64,000 nt of DNA from Acidobacteriota bacterium (GTDB taxonomy: Bacteria; Acidobacteriota; Vicinamibacteria; Marinacidobacterales; Marinacidobacteraceae), in NCBI GenBank assembly GCA_009840635.1, contig VXNL01000020.1, forward strand, positions 13,883 through 77,882. The letters run 5' to 3'. Shown piece by piece: positions 47,625-55,544 of this stretch. Under the pieces are notes generated by a model. It was given only the letters and a program-made list of their open reading frames with translations, ran no database searches and was not told where the DNA came from. Numbering within the stretch: position 1 is the first letter of the stretch; every line of letters starts with the position of its first letter. The position numbers and the translations under genes are program-made.

Positions 47625-48781
47625 CTTCCGCGATAGGCGAGCGTCAGGCAGGTGATGTCGTCGGACTGATGTTCACCGCCCGAAAAAACGCGGACTGCCT
47701 CGATGACGGCCCGGTTGATCTCCTCGGGGGACCGGTCGGCGACGGTCTCGAGAGTCTCTTCGAGGCGATGGTTCTCGAACAACTCCTTGTCGGGAGCCTC
47801 GGCCTCGGGCACGCCGTCGGTGTAGAGGAAGACCCGGTCACCTGGCTGGAGCTGCACCTTGTCCTCGGTGTAGGGGAAGTCGGGCATGACCCCGAGCGCG
47901 ATCCCCTGCGTCAGGGGAAGTTCCTGCGGTTTCTGGCCGGCGCGAACCAGGTACGGGGCGCAGTGGCCCGCGTTCGCGTACGTGAACGTGCCTTGCTCCG
48001 TGTCGAGTACCCCGAACAGCAGGGTCACGAACATGGCCCGCTCGTTCTCCTCCCCGAGCAGATTGTTGACCTGGGTCAGCGCTTCGCCCGGAGAGAGCGC
48101 GCTTACCGCGTTCCCCTTGACGAGGGTTCGGCTGACCATCATGAAGAGGGCTGCCGGTACGCCCTTGCCCGAAACGTCCGCCATGACCACCCCGAGCCTT
48201 TGTCCGGGGAGGTGGAACACGTCGTAGAAATCCCCGCCCACATCCTGTGCCGGAGTCATGATCGCGTGGGTGTCGGCGTTCGCCGTGGATGGGAATCGCT
48301 GCGGCAGGATGGACATCTGCATGTCGCGGGCGACGCGCAGTTCCTGATGGAGCGCCAGCAGTTGCGCCCGATGCTTGAGCGCCTCGCGCATCATGGCGAG
48401 GTGGGTCATCGTCTTCTCGATGGTGAGTTCGAGATCCTTGAAATCGATCGGCTTGGTGACGAAGTCGAAGGCGCCGCGGTTCATCGCGGTCCGGATGTTC
48501 GCCATGTCGCCGTACGCGGAGACCACCACCGCGCGGCACTTCGGACGAATGGTCCGCAGCTCGTTCAGCAGGGTCAGACCGTCCATCCGGGGCATGTTGA
48601 TGTCGGTCATGATGAGCTCGATTTCGGGGTGGCCTTCGAGGGCCTCGAGCGCCTGAACGCCGTCGTGCGCGAACACGAAACGCATCTCGTCCTTGCGGAT
48701 GCGGCGGCGGAACCGCTGGCGGATCAGCGTCTCGAGATCTGGTTCGTCGTCGACCACCAGGATCGTGCAGGGTTCAATCAT
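47621..48781 (-). CDS. response regulator with PP2C/SpoIIE phosphatase output (RsbU-like)
   Basis: 386 aa. Receiver ILVVDDEP...MTDINMPRMDG...KP, and PP2C motifs DVGGDFYDVF, ADVSGKGVPAALFM, LYTDGVPEA. Confidence 0.85.
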   Translation of the reverse strand: MIEPCTILVVDDEPDLETLIRQRFRRRIRKDEMRFVFAHDGVQALEALEGHPEIELIMTDINMPRMDGLTLLNELRTIRPKCRAVVVSAYGDMANIRTAMNRGAFDFVTKPIDFKDLELTIEKTMTHLAMMREALKHRAQLLALHQELRVARDMQMSILPQRFPSTANADTHAIMTPAQDVGGDFYDVFHLPGQRLGVVMADVSGKGVPAALFMMVSRTLVKGNAVSALSPGEALTQVNNLLGEENERAMFVTLLFGVLDTEQGTFTYANAGHCAPYLVRAGQKPQELPLTQGIALGVMPDFPYTEDKVQLQPGDRVFLYTDGVPEAEAPDKELFENHRLEETLETVADRSPEEINRAVIEAVRVFSGGEHQSDDITCLTLAYRGS

Positions 48782-48899
48782 GGACTTGAAATTATCTCAC
48801 GTGGGGGCCATCCCTCCGGCCGGCCGCGCTCCGGCGACGGTTGAAGGCCCGATCAGGTTCCGTTACGTTCGGGTCTTCCGTTGTGTAAAGGGGACCTCA

Positions 48900-50228
48900 A
48901 TGAAGAACAAGACAGTATCCCGTCGTCGTTTTCTCGGAGCCTCGGCGGCCGCCGTCGGGGCCGCCGCTCTTCCCGGCGGGATGCTCGCCGCCGCCGCGGC
49001 AGGCCAGCGGCCGGTTCCTCCCCTGCCGCTCGGAGACCTCGCGCCCCCGGCGAGCCCCGGTGAGGACTTCTGGTGGAAAGTGCGCTCGCAGTTCAACGTC
49101 GTGGACGGGATGGCGTTCATGAACAACGGCACCCTGGGTCCCACCCCGCGGGTGGTGGCCGACGAGGAAGCACGGATCTACGCCGAGATCGCCGCCGATC
49201 CGACGAACGGCTACCGCCGGGCGGAACTCCACGAGAAGCGTGGCACGCTCGCTTCGTTCATTGGCGCCGAGCCCGACGAGGTCACCTACACCCGGAGCAC
49301 CACCGAGGGCATGAACATCTTCGGACGGGGTCTCGACTGGCGCGAAGGGGACGAGGTGCTCATGTGCACCCACGAGCACAACGGCGGCATCGAGCCCTAC
49401 ATCCACGCCCGCGAACGCTACGGCGTCGTGATCAAGTGGGTCGATATCCCTTCCCCTCCGGAGAGCACGGACCAGATCCTCTCCATCTACGCGAACGCGA
49501 TCGGGCCCCGGACGCGGGCCATCATGGTGAGCCACATCACCTACGTGACCGGCCTCCTGATGCCGGTGAAGGAACTCACCGACCTCTGCAACCGGAGGAA
49601 CCTCCTGCTCTCGGTGGACGGCGCCCATCCGCTCGGGATGATCGCCCTCGACATGAAGGACCTGGGCTGCCACCACTACGCGGGAGCCGGCCAGAAGTGG
49701 CTCATGGCGGGCACCGGCACCGGCGTTTCCTTCATTCGGCGGGACACGATGGGCGATATCTGGCCCCTCATCGGCGCCGGCACTTACCGGGAGGACGGTG
49801 AACGCCGTTTCCGCGAGGACTCCCGGAAGTACGAGAACACCGGGCAGCGCCACGTGCCGAGTCAGTACGCGCTCGTGAAGTCGATCGAGTTCCAGAACGT
49901 CCTCGGAAAGGATCTCATCGAAGCGAGGGTGCGCACGCTCTCGCGGCGTCTGAAGAACGGCCTCCGGGCGATTCCGGGGGTCAGGCTCTGGACTTCCATG
50001 AGCGACGAACTCGCCGCCGGTCTCACGCTGTTCTCGGTCCACGACCTGCCGATGGAGAACGTGCAGCAGGCGATCCTGGACCGCGACCGGGTGTTCATCC
50101 GCACGATGAGCACCGGCAACCTCAACGCGGTGCGGGCCTCCACCCACCTCTACAACATGCCGCACGAGGTGGACCGTCTGATCGCGAGCGTCCGCCACAT
50201 CGCCGCCAACCCAACGCAGTACATGTAG
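48900..50228 (+). CDS. Tat-exported class V aminotransferase-fold PLP enzyme (cysteine desulfurase / isopenicillin-N-epimerase-like)
   Basis: 442 aa from ATG 48900. Tat motif SRRRFLGASAAAVGAAAL, then FMNNGTLGP, SHITYVTG, and YAGAGQKWLMAGTG (PLP-Lys context). Confidence 0.8.
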   Translation: MKNKTVSRRRFLGASAAAVGAAALPGGMLAAAAAGQRPVPPLPLGDLAPPASPGEDFWWKVRSQFNVVDGMAFMNNGTLGPTPRVVADEEARIYAEIAADPTNGYRRAELHEKRGTLASFIGAEPDEVTYTRSTTEGMNIFGRGLDWREGDEVLMCTHEHNGGIEPYIHARERYGVVIKWVDIPSPPESTDQILSIYANAIGPRTRAIMVSHITYVTGLLMPVKELTDLCNRRNLLLSVDGAHPLGMIALDMKDLGCHHYAGAGQKWLMAGTGTGVSFIRRDTMGDIWPLIGAGTYREDGERRFREDSRKYENTGQRHVPSQYALVKSIEFQNVLGKDLIEARVRTLSRRLKNGLRAIPGVRLWTSMSDELAAGLTLFSVHDLPMENVQQAILDRDRVFIRTMSTGNLNAVRASTHLYNMPHEVDRLIASVRHIAANPTQYM

Positions 50229-50233
50229 CCGCA

Positions 50234-50265
50234 CCTCGGAGCGCCGGCCTCCGGCCGGCATCGCC
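50234..50265 (+). repeat. R2 repeat, copy c (5' half only)
   Basis: CCTCGGAGCGCCGGCCTCCGGCCGGCATCGCC, starting 6 nt after the aminotransferase stop. Confidence 0.7.
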
Positions 50266-50308
50266 CGCGCAGCGGGCGAAACCGCCTCTCCCCAACAGAC
50301 AAGAGCGC

Positions 50309-50358
50309 GTACGGCTTGGAACGCCGGCTTCAGCCGGCACAGCCCGCCGCAGGCGGGC
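50309..50358 (+). repeat. R1 two-hairpin repeat, copy 5 (cleanest copy)
   Basis: GTACGGCTTGGAAC GCCGGC-TTCA-GCCGGC ACA GCCCGCC-GCA-GGCGGGC. It is flanked by about 43-nt direct repeats at 50272-50314 and 50353-50396. Confidence 0.85.
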
Positions 50359-50397
50359 GAAACCGCATGTCCCAACAGGGAAGAGGCGGCATACGGG

Positions 50398-51138
50398 CTA
50401 TTCCGTAAGCGCCTCCCGAAACCCCGGCGCGCTCAGGTCCGGATCTTCCACGGGCAGTTCCGGGACCTCGCCGCGCCAGCCCGCGACCGCCCGCTCGATG
50501 CTGACCCGGCGCGCCTCACTCAGGGCGCCCTGCGGCGAAGGAGTCCGTCCCTCGAACCAGGCAAGCGCGGCCACCGCCGCGCCCACCGGCGCCTGGTCGC
50601 CGTAGATGCGGCGCATCGCTCCCACCGCCTCGGCCAGCGTCGTCCCGCTCTCGAGGAGCGCGGCCACATCGGCTACGTCGTTTTCCTCGTGGCGCTGGTA
50701 GGCCATCGCCAGCTTGAACCCGGCGAGGTCGAGGCGGGACGCCACCCGGGGCCCGGTGGCGGCGGCGCACGGCAGGTCCAGCCGGGGAACCCCGATCCGC
50801 CCGAAGAACGACAGACGGACGACGGCGTCGGCGAATCCGACGTCGAGGGTCAGCGTGTCCCCCGTGTCCTGCAACACCTCGAGGGGATGGTCCGCGAACT
50901 CCGCCGCCAGCGAGCGTTTCGCCACCTCCGGCAGCGCTTCCGAGGAAAAGAAATCGAAGTCCTCGGAGTCCCGGTGGCCGGTCTGCAGCGCCACCGCGGT
51001 TCCGCCGTAAAGCACGAAACCGGAGCGCAGAAAGGAAAGGCGCGGAAAGAGCGCTCGCTGGGCCGGCGACAGGCGGCTCAGCCGAAGAGTTGGAGGCACG
51101 TCCGGTAGTCCACCGGTCCCGGACGGCGAGGAGGCCAC
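50398..51138 (-). CDS. AbiEii/AbiGii-family nucleotidyltransferase (type IV TA toxin-like, DUF1814)
   Basis: 246 aa with FVLYGGTAVALQTGHRDSEDFDFF, the NTase G-G-T...S-x-D-x-D signature of the family. GTG 51138, with alternative starts at GTG 51099 or CTG 51081. Confidence 0.7.
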   Translation of the reverse strand: MASSPSGTGGLPDVPPTLRLSRLSPAQRALFPRLSFLRSGFVLYGGTAVALQTGHRDSEDFDFFSSEALPEVAKRSLAAEFADHPLEVLQDTGDTLTLDVGFADAVVRLSFFGRIGVPRLDLPCAAATGPRVASRLDLAGFKLAMAYQRHEENDVADVAALLESGTTLAEAVGAMRRIYGDQAPVGAAVAALAWFEGRTPSPQGALSEARRVSIERAVAGWRGEVPELPVEDPDLSAPGFREALTE

Positions 51139-51566
51139 TGCGTGGGCGCCGGTTCCGGGTAGTCATCCGGCAGCGCTTTCGCCGCCTTCATCTCACTGAT
51201 GACCGTGGGCGCGGGCCGGCGGGGCGGTTCCCCGTAGAGCCGCAGATGCCAGTACTTCCACAGCAGCGGGCTGATGGCGCCCGGGTGCGCATGGTGCAGC
51301 GCGATCCGGAATGCCCGCTCGCCGAACACCGCCAGAGCCTCGAACGAGGCCGGTCCCGGCCCGCGTCCCATGAGGTGGCCCAGCATCGAGACCCCGTCCC
51401 GGGCAAGCGTCCGCCGGTCGGCGGTCCGGCACCGATGGGTGCTTTGGACTTCGAGTCGCTCGAGCGCCTCCCGGTGTTCCGGCGGGCAGGGGGCCTCGAG
51501 GTCGAGAATCTGCCGGTCGGCGGGAGGTGGACAGCTTTCCGCCGGACGCGCGTAACGGTCGGTCAC
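51078..51566 (-). CDS. hypothetical protein (candidate partner of the AbiEii-like gene)
   Basis: 162 aa, GTG start 7 nt after the amidase stop. It fills the gap exactly and has high GC3 in this frame. No HTH or other family recognised. Confidence 0.4.
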   Translation of the reverse strand: MTDRYARPAESCPPPADRQILDLEAPCPPEHREALERLEVQSTHRCRTADRRTLARDGVSMLGHLMGRGPGPASFEALAVFGERAFRIALHHAHPGAISPLLWKYWHLRLYGEPPRRPAPTVISEMKAAKALPDDYPEPAPTQWPPRRPGPVDYRTCLQLFG

Positions 51567-51572
51567 GCTCCC

Positions 51573-53339
51573 TCAGCCTCCCACCGGGGGTTTCCTCAGA
51601 TGGAAATCGGTGACCTGCTGGTACGCGTGCGCCAGGGTCAGGATCTCGGTGTCTCCGTACAGTTTCCCGGTCATCCGCAGGCTCGTCGGCGATCCCTCGT
51701 GGTAGCCGTTCGGCATGCACACCTCGGGGTGTCCCGTCAGGTTCGTCAGGCCAAGGTTCGAGCCGATGAAGAGGTCCAGGTCGCCGAACGCGTCGTCGAA
51801 CTCGCGCATGATCCGGGTCCGCACCCGCATGGCCTGGATGTACTCCACCGCGGGGACGAAGCGCTGGGTGCGGAAGGTGTCCGGCCAGCGGCTCTCCTCC
51901 GGGGGCTCCTTCATGGCGAGGTCGGCGCCGCTCCGGGAAAGGGCGTCGTGAGCGGCGGCGGACTCGGTGGACAGGACGAACGAGAGGTCGTCCCATTCGA
52001 GTTCCGGGAGGTCGAACGGGGTGATGGTGATTCCCGCCCCGCGCAGCGCCTCGATGGCCGCCCGCGTGTTCTCCTGTGCCGTGCGGCGGGCCGCCACCTG
52101 ATCCGGATTCTCCGGGTCGTCCTCGATCTCGTCCTCGACCGCCGCCCGGTCGTAGCCCACCCGGAGCGCGGTCGGGTCGGCGGAGGCGTCCCACGCGAAG
52201 GGCGGGTCGTGCACGGCCCGGTCCAGGTCGTCGGCGCCCCGGATTGCCTCGAACACCAGCGCGCAGTCCTCGGCGCTCCGGCACATGGGCCCGATCTTGT
52301 CCATGGTCCAGGAGAGCGCCATGGCGCCCGCCCGGCTGACCCGGCCAAAGGTGGGACGGTGCCCGGTGATGCCGTTCCGGGTTGACGGCGAGATGATCGA
52401 GCCGCGGGTCTCGGTGCCGATGGAGAACCCCACGAGGCCGGCGGCGGTCGCCGATCCCGGCCCGGCGGAGGAGCCGCTGGACCCCTGTTCGGTATTCCAG
52501 GGATTCCGGGTCCGGCCCCCGAACCAGCGGTCCCCCGACGCCAGCGCGCCCATCGTCAGCTTGGCGACGAGCACCGCGCCCGCGTCCGTGAGCTTCGTGT
52601 AGACGGTGGAGTCCTCGTCGATCACCTGGTCGCGGTAGGGCGAAGCCCCCCAGGTGGTCCTCGTCCCCTTGACCGCGAGCAGGTCCTTCGCGCCCCAGGG
52701 GATCCCGTGGAGCGGGCCGCGGTAGTTCCCGGCGGCGATCTCCGCATCGGCCCGGGCGGCCTGCTCGCGGGCGAGGTCCTCGGTCAGGTTCACCACGCAC
52801 AGCAGGACCGGATCGAATTCTCTCAGGCGCGCCAGGTAGAGCTCGGTGAGTTCCGTGGAGGTGATCTGGCGGGTCTCGACGAGCCGGGCGAGGTGGGTCA
52901 CCGGAAGGAAGGCGAGGTCGGCGTCCGACTCGGGACGCGAGACCTCGGGCCGGGAAGGCTGCATCCCGCCGGCCGTTTCCGGCATCGGCTTGCCCGGGGG
53001 CAGCGGATGGAAGACGAAGGACGGCGGCTGGTGGTTGTGGATCTCGGGATCCCGGATGCCCTGGTACGCCTCCAGCGGGTTGCGCTCGCCGTTCAGCCGC
53101 TCGGCCACCAGTGAGAGTTCGTCGTCGGAGAAATCCAGTCCGGCGAGCTGCTGGGCGGTGCGCAACATGCCGATCGAGATGGCGTCCGCGTCTCCGGCGC
53201 AGGCGGTGAGCGCGCCCGGGAGCAGGGTGGAACCGAGCCCCAGTCCGGACAGTCCGGCGATGAAACGGCGCCGGTTCCAGGCGAGCCGTTCCGGCCCGGG
53301 CGGCGGTGCGGGAGAGGAGGAGGAACGAGTGTCAGCCAT
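51573..53339 (-). CDS. Tat-exported amidase-signature (AS) family amidase
   Basis: 588 aa from ATG 53339. Tat motif NRRRFIAGLSGLGLG, then GIPWGAKDL and the AS block GGRTRNPWNTEQGSSGSSAGPGSATAAG...GTETRGSI. Confidence 0.85.
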   Translation of the reverse strand: MADTRSSSSPAPPPGPERLAWNRRRFIAGLSGLGLGSTLLPGALTACAGDADAISIGMLRTAQQLAGLDFSDDELSLVAERLNGERNPLEAYQGIRDPEIHNHQPPSFVFHPLPPGKPMPETAGGMQPSRPEVSRPESDADLAFLPVTHLARLVETRQITSTELTELYLARLREFDPVLLCVVNLTEDLAREQAARADAEIAAGNYRGPLHGIPWGAKDLLAVKGTRTTWGASPYRDQVIDEDSTVYTKLTDAGAVLVAKLTMGALASGDRWFGGRTRNPWNTEQGSSGSSAGPGSATAAGLVGFSIGTETRGSIISPSTRNGITGHRPTFGRVSRAGAMALSWTMDKIGPMCRSAEDCALVFEAIRGADDLDRAVHDPPFAWDASADPTALRVGYDRAAVEDEIEDDPENPDQVAARRTAQENTRAAIEALRGAGITITPFDLPELEWDDLSFVLSTESAAAHDALSRSGADLAMKEPPEESRWPDTFRTQRFVPAVEYIQAMRVRTRIMREFDDAFGDLDLFIGSNLGLTNLTGHPEVCMPNGYHEGSPTSLRMTGKLYGDTEILTLAHAYQQVTDFHLRKPPVGG

Positions 53340-53405
53340 CGGCCCATTGTGCTGGCTTAGTCTCTCCATCGCTACTGGCCCATCGGTGAAAGGAACCCGC
53401 CCCCC

Positions 53406-54404
53406 ATGAGCATTCCCGAAACTCTCCGCGTTCATCTGGCCACCGACCCGAGCGAGTCCGGCTACTACCGGCTGGACCGGGAGCGCTTCGAGAACGCGGG
53501 AAAGGAGTTTCCCGACGCCTTCCGGCGGCTCCGTCCCACCTATTCGAATGACGAGGCCGGTTTCGTCCGGGGAGTCCGCGACGCCGACGTGCTCATCGGC
53601 TGGAAGTTCCCGCGGCCGGGTCTCGCGGAGCGCGCCCCGAAGCTCCGCTGGGTGCAGCTCATCGGCGCCGGCGTGGACCACCTGTACCCGCTCGATTGGC
53701 TGCCCGCCGGAGTCAAGCTGATCACCGCGAGCGGTGTCCACACGAAGAAGTCCTTCGAGTACGTCCTGATGGGACTCATCGCCCTCCACACCCGGCTGCC
53801 CCGGCTCGCCGAGCACCAGCGGGCGCGGACCTGGAAGAAGATCCAGACGGGGACGCTGCCCGGGAAGACCGCGCTCGTGATCGGCCTGGGGGCCGTGGGT
53901 ACGGGCGCTGCCGAGGCCGCGCGCACCCTCGGCATGCGCGTTCTCGGAGTCCGCCGCACCACCCGGCCTCATCGGTTCGTGGACGAACTGTTCCGGCCGG
54001 AAGAGCTGCCGGCAGCCCTGCCGCGGGCCGACTACGTGGTGCTCGCCGCGCCGCTGACGTCCGACACGAGGGAGATCCTCGGCGAACGGGAACTTGCGCT
54101 GCTTCCCGAGGGAGCGGGGATCGTGAATCTGGGCCGGGGCCGGCTGATCGGCCAGGCGGCGCTCGAAGCCGGCCTCCGGAGCGGGCGGCTCGGGGGCGCC
54201 TTCCTGGATGTGGTGTGGCCCGAACCGCACCCTCCGGAGAGCACGCTCTGGGATGCCCCCAACCTCTTCATCACCCCGCACGTCGGGGCGGATGACATCG
54301 AGAACTACATCCCGGTGGTGTTCTCGATCGCCCTCGACAACATGGCCCGCTTCTTCGCGGGCCGGCGGCTCCGGAACGTTGTGAACCGGCGGCGCGGCTA
54401 CTGA
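53406..54404 (+). CDS. D-isomer-specific 2-hydroxyacid dehydrogenase family, NAD-binding
   Basis: 332 aa. Rossmann motif GKTALVIGLGAVGTGAAEAARTLGMRVLGVRR, then NLGRGRLI and TPHVGA. Confidence 0.85.
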   Translation: MSIPETLRVHLATDPSESGYYRLDRERFENAGKEFPDAFRRLRPTYSNDEAGFVRGVRDADVLIGWKFPRPGLAERAPKLRWVQLIGAGVDHLYPLDWLPAGVKLITASGVHTKKSFEYVLMGLIALHTRLPRLAEHQRARTWKKIQTGTLPGKTALVIGLGAVGTGAAEAARTLGMRVLGVRRTTRPHRFVDELFRPEELPAALPRADYVVLAAPLTSDTREILGERELALLPEGAGIVNLGRGRLIGQAALEAGLRSGRLGGAFLDVVWPEPHPPESTLWDAPNLFITPHVGADDIENYIPVVFSIALDNMARFFAGRRLRNVVNRRRGY

Positions 54405-55243
54405 TCTGCCTGCGCCTCGTCCACCACCCCGTTCCGCAGCACCCCGACGCTTCCGATCTCCACTTCGACGGTGTCCCCCGGCTTCATGAAGAGCTGGGGA
54501 TCGCGGGCGACGCCGACTCCCGACGGCGTGCCGGTGGCGATCACGTCCCCCGGATGCAGGGGGTGGATCCGGGACAGGTAGGCGATCAGTTCGCGCACCG
54601 GATAGGTCATCTGCGAGGTGTGGCTCGCCTGGACGACCTCGCCGTTCAGGCGGGTCCCGATGGGAAGGTCCTGCGGATCGGGCACTTCGTCCGGGGTGAC
54701 GAGGAAGGGGCCGAATCCGCCGGTCCGCCAGAAGTTCTTCCCCGGGCCGAACTGGCTGCTGTGCCCCTGGTAGTCCCGCACCGAGGCGTCGTTGAAGCAG
54801 GCGTAGCCCGCCACGTGGTCGAGAGCGGACGCTTCGGCGACGTGACGCGCGGTCCGGCCGATCACCACTGCCAGCTCGGCTTCGTAGTCGAGCAGGCGGG
54901 AGACCGACGGTCGCACCAGCGCCTCCCCGTGACCGATCAGACTGGCCGGGAACCGGGTGAAGAGCGTGGGGTAGTCCGCCTTCGCCCGTCCGGTCTCGAG
55001 CCGGTGGTCCTCGTAGTTGAGCCCCACGCACCAGAGCGAGCCGGGGCGGGGGATGAGGGGCAGGAACCGGACATCGGAGATCCGGGGTGCTGTCTCCCAG
55101 TCGGTGTCGACCGGGGGCAGGGGACTCCCGAGCCGCTCGGCGAGGGATCCGGTCCCGTCGAGCGGGACGTATCGGGCGCCGTCCGGCGAGACGGCGGCCA
55201 CGGTTTCCCCCCTTCCGGGGACGAGCAGGGTGGCGTATCGCAT
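54398..55243 (-). CDS. fumarylacetoacetate hydrolase (FAH) family protein
   Basis: 281 aa with CVGLNYEDH, DYEAELAVVIG and PGDVIATGTPSGVG. Confidence 0.85.
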   Translation of the reverse strand: MRYATLLVPGRGETVAAVSPDGARYVPLDGTGSLAERLGSPLPPVDTDWETAPRISDVRFLPLIPRPGSLWCVGLNYEDHRLETGRAKADYPTLFTRFPASLIGHGEALVRPSVSRLLDYEAELAVVIGRTARHVAEASALDHVAGYACFNDASVRDYQGHSSQFGPGKNFWRTGGFGPFLVTPDEVPDPQDLPIGTRLNGEVVQASHTSQMTYPVRELIAYLSRIHPLHPGDVIATGTPSGVGVARDPQLFMKPGDTVEVEIGSVGVLRNGVVDEAQADQ

Positions 55244-55302
55244 AGCGCGGGGATGCTACCGATGTCGGAGTCGCGGTTGGCTGGTGGGCGAGATCGCGCG
55301 CC

Positions 55303-55351
55303 GGCCTGGAACGCCGGTCTCCAGACCGGCACCGCGGTGCTCCGCACCGCG
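55303..55351 (+). repeat. R1 repeat, copy 6 (variant with compensated hairpin 1)
   Basis: GGCCTGGAAC GCCGGTCT-CC-AGACCGGC AC CGCGGTGC-TCC-GCACCGCG. Confidence 0.8.
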
Positions 55352-55419
55352 CACGTCGAGACCTTACCCGGAAAGGGCGGCCCCCGCCTCAGCGTGGATC
55401 TCAAGAGCCGAGGTGGCGC

Positions 55420-55472
55420 GTACGGCTTGGAACGCCGGCTTCAGCCGGCACGCGCGGCGCTCGGCGCCGCGC
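55420..55472 (+). repeat. R1 repeat, copy 7
   Basis: GTACGGCTTGGAAC GCCGGC-TTCA-GCCGGC AC GCGCGGCGC-TCG-GCGCCGCGC. Confidence 0.85.
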
Positions 55473-55544
55473 AGATCCCAACGGCATGCGCGACTACCGG
55501 TGCGCAAAAGTTGGTGTCTTCCGACGAAGCAAGGGCAGGTGTGT

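Noticed and set aside
53340-55031. 5' part of track ORF 51573..55031- (1152 aa)
   Set aside because: The amidase starts at ATG 53339 with a Tat signal. The upstream extension is antisense to the 2-hydroxyacid dehydrogenase gene and out of frame with the FAH gene.
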